Source: Planctomycetota bacterium
GTDB lineage: Bacteria; Planctomycetota; GCA-002687715; DRQF01
DNA length: 64,000 nt
Direction of reading: 5' to 3'
Assembly (NCBI GenBank): GCA_036479435.1
Contig: JAZGFI010000103.1
Coordinates: forward strand, 33,955-97,954
The notes beneath the pieces are model-generated. The model was not told the DNA's origin, did no database searches, and saw nothing but the letters and a program-made list of their open reading frames with translations. Both the position numbers and the translations under genes were made by a program. Shown here piece after piece: positions 38,500 through 47,273 of the stretch. Position 1 is the first letter of the stretch; each line of letters begins with the position of its first letter.

Positions 38500-39571
38500 G
38501 ACTGAACCCCGAATTCCCCTAGAGGAAGCACCTCCGGTGGAAGTAAGGCCCTATGCCGCTAGCGACCGCGAGGCCTGGAGCCAGTATCTAGGCAAACACC
38601 CTCAAGCGACTTTTTTTCACACGCTCGATTGGGATGAGATCATCCGGCGGACTTTCTCCCACGAGAGCCGTTTTTTGATCGCGCATCGCGACGGTCAGAT
38701 CAGCGGGATCTTGCCGCTCACTAGGGTGAGTTCGGCGTTTTTTGGCACTTCACTCATCTCCGTTCCCTTCGGCGTCTACGGCGGGTTGTTGGTCGACGAT
38801 CAAAAGAGCGCCGACGCGCTCTTGAAGGCGGCCGGCGAAGTCGTGGCGACTGAAAAAGCCAAGTACGCGGAGCTGAGGCATCTGCATCGCCCCGACATCG
38901 ACCTGCCTCGCAACGAACTCTACGCGACTTTCATCGAAGACGTTCCGGGCGACGCGGAGGGCTGTTTGGCGCGTTTACCGCGAAAGGCGCGGGCGGAGGT
39001 GCGCAAGTGCTTGAAGGATGAGCTGCTGACGGCGGAAGAGGAGGGAATTAGCCTCGAAGACTTCCATCGCCTCTTTTCATTGAACAAACGCAAACTTGGA
39101 TCGCCTTTGTTTCCGTCCAGCTTGTTTTGGCACATCCGGGACGTCTTGGGCGCCGAGAACGCGCCGATTCTCACCGTCAAACGCGACGGAAGAGTTCTCG
39201 CAACGGTGATGTCCTTTGTCTTTCAGGACACCATCATGCCCTACTACTCCGGCTCGGCGCCGGATGCTGATCGCTTTCGTGGCAACAACTTCATGTATTT
39301 CAAACTCATGGAGTGGGCCTCAGAACGCGGCCTCAAAAAGTTCGATTTTGGACGCAGCCGCGTTGAGACGGGATCATTCTCTTTCAAAAAGCACCAGGGT
39401 TTCGAGCCCATCCCGCTGTCTTATGACTATCTGCTTGCAGAGGGAGAGGAGATCCCCTCCCTGAATCCCAGCAACCCCAAGTTTCGAATGGCAAAGCGCG
39501 TTTTTCGTCGTATGCCACTGTGGATGGCACAAAAAGTCGGCAGTTGGCTGGTGAAACGCGCACCCTTCTAA
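38471..39571 (+). CDS. FemAB-family / GNAT-fold acyltransferase-like protein (Acetyltransf_6 type)
   Basis: FMYFKLMEWASERGLKKFDFGRS is the characteristic C-terminal block of FemAB-like proteins found in polysaccharide loci. 366 aa. Confidence 0.55.
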   Translation: MRTKHAVTIETEPRIPLEEAPPVEVRPYAASDREAWSQYLGKHPQATFFHTLDWDEIIRRTFSHESRFLIAHRDGQISGILPLTRVSSAFFGTSLISVPFGVYGGLLVDDQKSADALLKAAGEVVATEKAKYAELRHLHRPDIDLPRNELYATFIEDVPGDAEGCLARLPRKARAEVRKCLKDELLTAEEEGISLEDFHRLFSLNKRKLGSPLFPSSLFWHIRDVLGAENAPILTVKRDGRVLATVMSFVFQDTIMPYYSGSAPDADRFRGNNFMYFKLMEWASERGLKKFDFGRSRVETGSFSFKKHQGFEPIPLSYDYLLAEGEEIPSLNPSNPKFRMAKRVFRRMPLWMAQKVGSWLVKRAPF

Positions 39572-39683
39572 GGGGCAGGGTAAGCCCATCGGAGTCAGGA
39601 CTGCTTCGACAAGGGCTCGACTCTTAGACACCTCGACTGTTAGACTCACAAACATAGTCCTAAAACAGCCGGAGTCCTAGGAT

Positions 39684-41033
39684 TTGAAAGTCCTCATCGC
39701 AGACGACGAGAAGAGCATCGTGATGACCCTCGAGGATGACCTCGAGGAGGCGGGTTACGAAGTTTTATCCTGCCCCGATGGTTTACGTGCGCTCGACCTG
39801 ATCAAGCGCGAGTCGGTGGACTGTCTCATCTCCGACCTCAACATGCCGGGCCTAAACGGCATGGACTTGCTCGCCGAAGCCAAAAAGATCTCGCCGAACC
39901 TTCAAGTGATTGTCATCACGGGGTACGCCACGATCGAAAGCGCGGTCAAGGCCATCAAGTTGGGCGCGGCGGACTACATCCAAAAGCCCTTTTTGAACGA
40001 ACAGATCCTCGCGATGCTCGCGAAGATGAAAAAGATCGTCCGTCTTGAACGCGAGAACGCCGTTTTACGAGAACAGCTGGACGACGTTCATGCGGTCGGC
40101 AATATCGTCGGCAAAAGCAAGGCGATGCAAGACGTCATCCGCACGGTGAAGACCGTCGCGAAAACGGACTCCAACATCTTGATTGTCGGTGAAACGGGCA
40201 CCGGAAAGGAAGTCATCGCCCGGGCGATTCACAACCTGAGCATGCGAAAAGGGAAGCTCATGGTCGCCCTGTCCTGTGCGGCTATTCCCTCAAACCTTTT
40301 GGAAGACGAGTTGTTCGGTCACGAAAAGGGTGCGTTTACCGATGCTCGTGACCGCAAAATCGGACGATTTGAACGCGCTGACGGGGGATCATTCTTCCTC
40401 GATGATATCGATGACATGCCGCTCGAGACTCAGGTCAAGCTGCTGAGGATTCTTCAGGAACGGGAATTTGAACGCCTTGGCGGCGAGGAGACGATCAAGG
40501 TTGATGTCCGGGTTGTCGCGGCGAGCAAGGTCGATCTTCGCGAGCTCGTAAGAGCGGGCAAGTTCCGCGAGGATTTGTTCTATCGCCTCAATGTCGTGCC
40601 GGTCTTGCTACCGCCGCTTCGAGATCGCGATGGCGATGTGCCCTTGTTGGCGTCTTATTTCATGAAGAAATTCTCGACCGAACGGGAATACGAGATCAAG
40701 CCCGAAGTGATGGCGGCGATGGAAGCCTATTATTGGCCGGGCAATGTCCGCGAACTCGAGCATGCGATTGAACGCGCCATCGCTTTTGCAGGAAGCGGAC
40801 ATGTGCTCAAAAAAGAGCACCTCGTCGAATCGTCTCCGGTCCACAAAAAGGCACTCGCCGTGCCGACCCACTTAACAACCTTGCGAGAGTTCGTCGAGGA
40901 AGCCGAGATGCAGCACATTCGCAACATCCTCAAGACGACCAACGGCCACAAGGCCCAGGCGGCAGGAGTTCTCGGCATCAGCCGCAAGAACTTGTGGGAA
41001 AAGATGCGGCACTATGACATCGAGCAGGACTAA
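39684..41033 (+). CDS. sigma-54-dependent response regulator (NtrC family) with a variant GAFTDA loop
   Basis: TTG start. REC with the phospho-acceptor Asp in LISDLNMPG. Walker A GETGTGKE. GAFTDA in place of the canonical GAFTGA. C-terminal HTH (AQAAGVLGISRKNLWEKM). Confidence 0.88.
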   Translation: MKVLIADDEKSIVMTLEDDLEEAGYEVLSCPDGLRALDLIKRESVDCLISDLNMPGLNGMDLLAEAKKISPNLQVIVITGYATIESAVKAIKLGAADYIQKPFLNEQILAMLAKMKKIVRLERENAVLREQLDDVHAVGNIVGKSKAMQDVIRTVKTVAKTDSNILIVGETGTGKEVIARAIHNLSMRKGKLMVALSCAAIPSNLLEDELFGHEKGAFTDARDRKIGRFERADGGSFFLDDIDDMPLETQVKLLRILQEREFERLGGEETIKVDVRVVAASKVDLRELVRAGKFREDLFYRLNVVPVLLPPLRDRDGDVPLLASYFMKKFSTEREYEIKPEVMAAMEAYYWPGNVRELEHAIERAIAFAGSGHVLKKEHLVESSPVHKKALAVPTHLTTLREFVEEAEMQHIRNILKTTNGHKAQAAGVLGISRKNLWEKMRHYDIEQD

Positions 41034-41051
41034 GCGACGTCCACGGTCAAG

Positions 41052-41819
41052 ATGACGATGACGCGGGCTCATGATGCCAAGACCACCGTTTGGTTTGTGT
41101 CCGATGTGCACCTGGCTCTGGGCGATCAAGCCTATTTGGAACAGTTCTTGGCATTCCTCGCCGCAGCTCAGCAACAAGCCCAGCAACTCTACATTGTCGG
41201 CGATCTATTTGAGTTTTGGATTGGCGATCGCCAGGCCGACATCGAGTTCTACACGCCCTTGTTCGAGCGCTTTCGCGAACTTGTAGAGAAGGGCACCCAC
41301 ATCGGCGTCATTCACGGTAATCGCGACTTTTTGATGGGCTCTGCCTTCACCGACGTGGGCTGCGAGTTGCTCCCGGACGAAATCACTTTGCAGCTGGAAG
41401 GGCTGGGCGTGCACCTGTCTCACGGCGACCAATTTTGTATTCACGATCACTCTTACTTGCGGGCTCGCGTCATCATGCGATCAAAGCCGATCCGTTGGCT
41501 GGCGGCGCTCTTGCCGGGAGCGGTGGGGCACGGCTTGGCTCGCTGCTATCGCGGCATCAGCGAACGGAAGAAGCAAAAGAAACTGCAAGCCACAGGCAAC
41601 CGCTTCCACACCGTCAAAGACGGAATCGAGGCCGAGCTGGCTCGCTCGGATCACGACCTAATTTTGTGCGGACACATCCACTACTACGCCGACCAAACCC
41701 TCAGGGTCGGCGGCCGGGATCGCCGAGTTCTGACGACCGGGGCCTGGGAAGAGAGCCCCAACTACGTCGCCTGGACCGACGGAAAAATTGGCTTGCATCG
41801 TTTCGTGGCGGGGAGCTGA
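41052..41819 (+). CDS. lpxH: UDP-2,3-diacylglucosamine pyrophosphatase LpxH (calcineurin-like phosphoesterase)
   Basis: Metallophosphoesterase blocks DVHL, GDLFEFW, HGNRD, HGD and GHIH, with LpxH-like spacing. 255 aa. Confidence 0.7.
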   Translation: MTMTRAHDAKTTVWFVSDVHLALGDQAYLEQFLAFLAAAQQQAQQLYIVGDLFEFWIGDRQADIEFYTPLFERFRELVEKGTHIGVIHGNRDFLMGSAFTDVGCELLPDEITLQLEGLGVHLSHGDQFCIHDHSYLRARVIMRSKPIRWLAALLPGAVGHGLARCYRGISERKKQKKLQATGNRFHTVKDGIEAELARSDHDLILCGHIHYYADQTLRVGGRDRRVLTTGAWEESPNYVAWTDGKIGLHRFVAGS

Positions 41820-41995
41820 TCGGCTTGGCGTCGCAACTCGCTGAAACCATGGATTGCAGGCGACTCGAGAATTTCGACCCCCTAACTTGCCTAAATGCTT
41901 GCTTTTCCTAACTTTCCCTTCGTTTTTCCTTCGTCTCACCTCCGTATCGCGTTGTGTCACGAAACGACTCAAGTCCATGGTGGGCCAAGTTTTAG

Positions 41996-42661
41996 ATGCT
42001 CTCCATCGTGACCATCGACGGACCGGCCGGAGCGGGCAAGAGCAGCGTTGCGAGGCAATTGGCCGAACGATTGGGCTTTCGCTTTCTCGATACGGGTGCG
42101 ATGTACCGCGCCGTGACCTGGGCGGCACTGGATTCCGGGGCCGACTTGGACGACGAAAAGGCCCTCGCGCGCCTGGCTGAAGGGCTTAAGCTCGACTTTG
42201 GGCCGGAAGGCGAAGTGTTGGTCGCAGACCGAGATCTCGCCCGCGAGATTCGGAGCGCTGAGGTGACGGCCTCGGTGTCAAAAGTGGCCGCCGCGGGCGG
42301 GGTACGGAAGGCCATGAGTTCGGCCCAGCGCGAGATCGGCGAGCGGGGTGAATTGGTTTGTGAAGGGCGCGACATGGGGACTTTTGTGTTTCCCGACGCG
42401 GCCGTTCGTTTTTATCTCGACGCGAGCGCAGAGGTTCGCGCCGAACGACGTTACAAAGAGTTCCTTGAAGCTGGCCGTGGTGTCGAATTCAAAGAGCTGC
42501 TCGAAGAGATCCGCGAGCGCGACCGGGCGGATTCAGAGCGCAAAGTTGCCCCGCTGATGCGGATCGACGAACAGATCTACGTCGATTCGAGCGCGATGTC
42601 GCGCGACGACGTGATCGACACCTTGGAGCGATTGGCCCGAACGGGACTTTTGCTCGACTAA
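41996..42661 (+). CDS. cmk: cytidylate kinase
   Basis: IVTIDGPAGAGKSSVAR P-loop and DTGAMYRAVT motif. 221 aa. Immediately upstream of rpsA, as in many bacteria. Confidence 0.85.
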   Translation: MLSIVTIDGPAGAGKSSVARQLAERLGFRFLDTGAMYRAVTWAALDSGADLDDEKALARLAEGLKLDFGPEGEVLVADRDLAREIRSAEVTASVSKVAAAGGVRKAMSSAQREIGERGELVCEGRDMGTFVFPDAAVRFYLDASAEVRAERRYKEFLEAGRGVEFKELLEEIRERDRADSERKVAPLMRIDEQIYVDSSAMSRDDVIDTLERLARTGLLLD

Positions 42662-42834
42662 GAAGATGAAGCTGGCTATAGGTGGCCAGTTCGAAGAAAA
42701 CAAAGCTGGGCTCGGTCAATGAGACAGCTCGAAAAATGAAACCAGGAGGCGCGGCAGGCCTCCAACTCGGTCAGCCATCGAAAAGACGGCGCGGGTCAGC
42801 AAAACCCTGATGAATCGGGGTCGCCCTTCGTCCG

Positions 42835-44781
42835 ATGCCGGGACTGAGGCGACACCAACTGGACACTATGCAACCACCTTCTGACCTCAAAAAATACGCC
42901 CCTTCCGCCGAAGAACTCGAGAAACTGCTCAACGAGTACACGGCAGGTGAGCCGATCGAGTACGAATCGACAGTCAGCGAATTCAAACCTGAAACGGTTT
43001 TGAAAGGCAAAGTCGTCGGCCATATGAGCGACGACATCATCATTGACATCGGTTACAAGTGCGAAGGCGTTATTGACATCTCGGAATTCGGAGACACGGC
43101 TCCTGCCATCGGGGATGTCGTGGAAGTCTTCCTCGAAGAAGTCGAAGACTCCGAAGGCAACGTTGTCCTCTCGAAGAAAAAAGCCGACCGTATTCGCGGT
43201 TGGGAACGCGTCATTGCCGAACACTCCGAAGGCGATGTCGTTCGCGGCACCGTGACGCGCAAGATCAAGGGTGGACTCTTGGTCGATATTGGCTTTCTGG
43301 TCTTTTTGCCCGCGTCGCAGGTCAGCATTCGCCGCACGGCGGATGTCTCCAGCTACATCGGCAAGGATGTCGACGCTCGCATCATCAAGATCGACGAAAG
43401 TCGCATGAACATCGTGATTTCGCGGCGTAAGCTCCTCGAAGAGGGACGCGACGCGCAGAAGGCCGATCTGCTTTCCACGCTCACCGAAACGCAGTTGCGA
43501 ATCGGCGTGGTCAAGAACATTGCCGACTTTGGTGCCTTCGTGGACCTTGGCGGTATCGACGGTCTGCTTCACATCACGGATATGAGTTGGGGTCGCATCA
43601 CGCACCCCTCCGAGATGCTTCAGATCGACGACGAAGTCGAAGTCAAAATCCTCAAGTTCGACCAGGTCTCCGAACGCATTGCCTTGGGTCTTAAGCAAAA
43701 GACCGAGAGCCCCTGGAAGAAGATCGAAGAACGCTACCAGCCGAGCATGAAGACTCGCGGCGAAGTCGTGAACGTCATGTCCTATGGTGCCTTCGTGAAA
43801 CTCGAAGAGGGTGTCGAAGGTTTGGTTCACATCTCGGAAATGAGTTGGACGCGTCGTGTCAACCATCCGAGCGAGATCGTCAACATTGGCGATATCGTCG
43901 ATGTGGTCGTCCTCAACGTGAACGCTTCGAAGAACGAGATCAGCCTCGGAATGAAGCAGATCGAGGCCAACCCTTGGACCCAGGTCCAAGAGAAATACCC
44001 GGTCGGTACCATCATTCGTGGTCGTGTTCGCAACCTCACCAACTACGGTGCCTTCGTCGAAATCGAAGAAGGAATCGACGGCCTGTTGCATATCAGCGAC
44101 ATGAGCTGGACCAAAAAGATCAGTCACCCCTCCGAAATGGTGAAAAAGGGTGACGAAGTCGAAGCCATCGTCTTGTCTGTGGACCAGGAAAAGAAGCGAG
44201 TTGCTCTCGGCTTGAAGCAACTCAACGAAGATCCCTGGGAAGCCGACATTCCGAGCCGCTTCCGCGTCGGCGAAGAGCTCGACGGCGAAGTTACGAAGAT
44301 CACCAACTTCGGCGTCTTCGTTCAGATCGGTTCTAACCTCGAAGGCCTGATGCATATCTCCGAGCTCAGCGAAGCTAAAGTTGATGATCCCGAAGAGATC
44401 GTCGGCGTCGGTGACAAAGTCAAGGTGCGCATCATTAAGGTGAACACCGAAGAACGAAAAATCGGGCTCAGCCTGATGGAAGTCACCGAAAAGGGCACCG
44501 GAACTGCCAGCACGGAATCCAGCAGCTCCGACGAGGGAGAGGCGGCTGCCGCAGCTCCGACCGAAGCTGCTTCTGAACCGGCGGCCGAGGCATCGACCGA
44601 AGCTGCTTCTGACACGGCGACCGAAGTTTCTTCTGAGGCTCCGGCTGATGAGGCTGCGACCGAGGTAGCAGCACCAGCGGCAGAGGCTGAAGCGGCACCT
44701 GCCGCCGAGGAAGCTCCGGCTGAGGCTGCGGCTCCTGAGGCAGCGGCCGACGAAGAGCCCAAAAAGGGCGACGAGGGCTAA
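42835..44781 (+). CDS. rpsA: 30S ribosomal protein S1 with a C-terminal Ala/Glu/Pro-rich acidic extension
   Basis: Six S1 (OB-fold) repeats carrying the recurring GLLHISE/DMSW motifs. The last ~90 residues are low complexity (EAAAAAPTEAASEPAAEAST...). The start could be ATG 42868 instead of 42835. Confidence 0.9.
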   Translation: MPGLRRHQLDTMQPPSDLKKYAPSAEELEKLLNEYTAGEPIEYESTVSEFKPETVLKGKVVGHMSDDIIIDIGYKCEGVIDISEFGDTAPAIGDVVEVFLEEVEDSEGNVVLSKKKADRIRGWERVIAEHSEGDVVRGTVTRKIKGGLLVDIGFLVFLPASQVSIRRTADVSSYIGKDVDARIIKIDESRMNIVISRRKLLEEGRDAQKADLLSTLTETQLRIGVVKNIADFGAFVDLGGIDGLLHITDMSWGRITHPSEMLQIDDEVEVKILKFDQVSERIALGLKQKTESPWKKIEERYQPSMKTRGEVVNVMSYGAFVKLEEGVEGLVHISEMSWTRRVNHPSEIVNIGDIVDVVVLNVNASKNEISLGMKQIEANPWTQVQEKYPVGTIIRGRVRNLTNYGAFVEIEEGIDGLLHISDMSWTKKISHPSEMVKKGDEVEAIVLSVDQEKKRVALGLKQLNEDPWEADIPSRFRVGEELDGEVTKITNFGVFVQIGSNLEGLMHISELSEAKVDDPEEIVGVGDKVKVRIIKVNTEERKIGLSLMEVTEKGTGTASTESSSSDEGEAAAAAPTEAASEPAAEASTEAASDTATEVSSEAPADEAATEVAAPAAEAEAAPAAEEAPAEAAAPEAAADEEPKKGDEG

Positions 44782-44858
44782 GCCTTCCTCGCAGGCTAAG
44801 GGCTCTGCGCCAAGACGGTTTGATCCGGTCGAGCGCGAAGCACGATGATTGTGTTGAA

Positions 44859-44897
44859 CGAGGGGCCACCATGGCCCCTCGTTTATTGGTGGTTTGT
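44859..44897 (+). terminator. candidate intrinsic terminator after rpsA
   Basis: gaggggcca-cca-tggcccctc is a perfect 9-bp stem, followed by gtttattggtggtttgt. Confidence 0.5.
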
Positions 44898-44915
44898 GAC
44901 TCCGTTTGAGGCGCT

Positions 44916-45983
44916 ATGATCCAGCCCATGCTCGTCCCTCTAAACAGACTTCTTCGTGGCCTTTCGCTGGCCATGCTGGCCCTATCATTGATGGCTTGTG
45001 GCACCGTGGAAGCCGAAGTCGAAGGTGCCGGTGAGAACCCCGAAGAAGTACTCAGCGACGAAGAGCTGCAAGCGGCGGTTGAAGAGAGTGACCGCATCAA
45101 TCGGCGTCGCTACGAGGAAATCGAAGCGATCATCGCGGAGGGCGACCTCAAAGGGGCGATCGCCATGATTGACGAAATGTCGGTGGAAGAGGGGCTCGAC
45201 CCCAAATGGCGCAGTCGCTTTCAGGTCCTAAAGATTCGCGCGAAGCGTGACCTGGCCCAAACGAAACTCCTGAGAGGCATCATTCGCCTGAATCGTTACC
45301 GTTTTGCGATCGGCGACATTATTAAGGGAGAAGTGGTGCTGGAGAACATTTCCGGCCGTGAAGTGTTCATCCCCGCGACGTCGGAGGTCCAATCCGGTGA
45401 CGGACGCGGGGCCTTAGCCACGGGGACGTTCTTCCACCGCAAAGTCACTTATCACGAGTTTGTGCCCTCGAATACCGTCATCATGGAGACGGATACCGCC
45501 AATATCCGGGTTGACGAAGATATCCGTTTAGCCCCTGGCGAAAGTTTTCGGATACCGATTGAACTCGACACGGGCATGCGCAACAAGGGTGGCCGGATGC
45601 TCCGCAGCTATGTTTTTGACTGCACCCTCCATCCGGCCGAGATCATGGTCGGTGATGAGATGTTTAACGTCAGTCTTCCGTTTCGAAGCGCTGAAGCTCG
45701 CGTCTATCCCCTGAACGCCGAGCACTTGGCGATCGAGCCGCTCGACAAGGTCAAGGAGTCGTTTCGAAGACGAACGCCGACCCACCTTCACTTGGCCGCG
45801 TCTTTGGTGGGTGTCGACGAGATGGAAAACCTCTATGGGTTTTTCTACCTGAAGCTTCGTGACCCCAAAACCCCTGACTACATGGAACTCGCCATCATGA
45901 CTTGCCTGAGAATTTGCTCGGGCGATTCGGGCCCTGAGAACAAGGAAAGTTGGCTTGCGTGGCTGAGGAAAAGAGGACTTTAG
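44916..45983 (+). CDS. hypothetical lipoprotein
   Basis: Signal peptide with lipobox LSLMAC. Acidic N-terminal linker. No recognisable catalytic motifs. Confidence 0.4.
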   Translation: MIQPMLVPLNRLLRGLSLAMLALSLMACGTVEAEVEGAGENPEEVLSDEELQAAVEESDRINRRRYEEIEAIIAEGDLKGAIAMIDEMSVEEGLDPKWRSRFQVLKIRAKRDLAQTKLLRGIIRLNRYRFAIGDIIKGEVVLENISGREVFIPATSEVQSGDGRGALATGTFFHRKVTYHEFVPSNTVIMETDTANIRVDEDIRLAPGESFRIPIELDTGMRNKGGRMLRSYVFDCTLHPAEIMVGDEMFNVSLPFRSAEARVYPLNAEHLAIEPLDKVKESFRRRTPTHLHLAASLVGVDEMENLYGFFYLKLRDPKTPDYMELAIMTCLRICSGDSGPENKESWLAWLRKRGL

Positions 45984-47218
45984 AAGAAGAATTCAAGCCG
46001 GACATCCTCAAAGAGGTTGATCGGCAGGTTCTTGAGCTATCTCGGGCCACCGCGCAGGTCGTCCCGGAGAACGCGCTCAGAAGACGGCTTGCCGTCTCTC
46101 TGCGCGATAACCTGCCGCTGCGAGTGAAGCTCGGCGTCGATCCGACGGCCCACGACCTGCACTTAGGTTTCACGGTTCCGCTGAACAAACTCAGGTTGTT
46201 CTCGGATTTCGGCCACACTCCCGTATTGATCATCGGCGACGCCACCGCGATGGTGGGCGACCCTTCGGGACGCAACAAAGCGCGGCCGACTTTGACGCGC
46301 GAACTCGTAGATGACTTTGCGAGTTCCTACCTCGATCAGGCTGCCAAAGTACTGGACATGAGCCGGGTCGAAGTGCGCCGCAATAGCGAGTGGTTACACA
46401 AGCTCGGATTCGTCGGGTTCATTCAGCTTGCGGCCCAAGCTACCGTTGCCCAGATCCTCGTCCGCGAGGATTTCGACAAACGCTTCAAGGAGAACGCCCC
46501 CATCTACTTGCACGAGCTGATTTACCCTTTGATGCAAGGCCACGACTCCGTCGTCGTGAAGGCAGACGTTGAGTTGGGCGGACAGGATCAGCTTTTCAAC
46601 TTGCTCGTCGGAAGAGACCTTCAGCAAGCCGATGGCCAAGAGCCGCAGATCTGCATGATGGGGCACTTGCTCGTGGGTCTCGACGGCAGCCGAAAGATGT
46701 CGAAGTCATTCGACAACTACATTGGTGTCACGGATGAAGCGAAAGACATGTTCGGCAAGATCATGAGTCTCCCGGACGAAGTGATGCGCGAGTGGTTTGA
46801 GTACGCCACCAAGATGCCGTTGCCGGAAATTACAAGTCTGTTCGCATCCAATCCGCATCCTCGAGAGTTGAAGGACCGGCTGGCTCGGAGGATCGTCGAG
46901 CGCTACCACGACGCGGCTGCCGCGGATGCCGGAGCTGAGCACTTTCGTCGGGTCTTCAGCAACAAGGAACTGCCCGAAGACTTGCCGGCCATCGAGATTG
47001 CGAAATCCGAGCTGGACGACGGTAAAATCTGGATCGCCAAGCTGTTAGTTCTGGCGGGATTCGCCAAGAGCAACGGTGAGGCCTCACGCTTAGTAAAGCA
47101 GGGCGGCGTCAAGATTAACCGTGAGTCTGCGACTGACCCTAAAGCGGCCATAGGAATCTCCGGTGGGGAAATCCTGCAAGTAGGCAAAAAGCGCTTCGGG
47201 CAGATATCCCTGCTATGA
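45959..47218 (+). CDS. tyrS: tyrosyl-tRNA synthetase with C-terminal S4 domain
   Basis: HIGH-class motif PTAHDLHLGF, KMSKS motif, C-terminal S4-like RLVKQGGVKINRE. Start proposed at GTG 45959, 9 nt after AAGGAAAG. The TTG at 45950 has no spacer. Confidence 0.85.
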   Translation: MAEEKRTLEEEFKPDILKEVDRQVLELSRATAQVVPENALRRRLAVSLRDNLPLRVKLGVDPTAHDLHLGFTVPLNKLRLFSDFGHTPVLIIGDATAMVGDPSGRNKARPTLTRELVDDFASSYLDQAAKVLDMSRVEVRRNSEWLHKLGFVGFIQLAAQATVAQILVREDFDKRFKENAPIYLHELIYPLMQGHDSVVVKADVELGGQDQLFNLLVGRDLQQADGQEPQICMMGHLLVGLDGSRKMSKSFDNYIGVTDEAKDMFGKIMSLPDEVMREWFEYATKMPLPEITSLFASNPHPRELKDRLARRIVERYHDAAAADAGAEHFRRVFSNKELPEDLPAIEIAKSELDDGKIWIAKLLVLAGFAKSNGEASRLVKQGGVKINRESATDPKAAIGISGGEILQVGKKRFGQISLL

Positions 47219-47273
47219 TGCGTTTAGCCGTAACATTCATCAATCGATGCCATTTTGACGCGAAGGAATCGCA

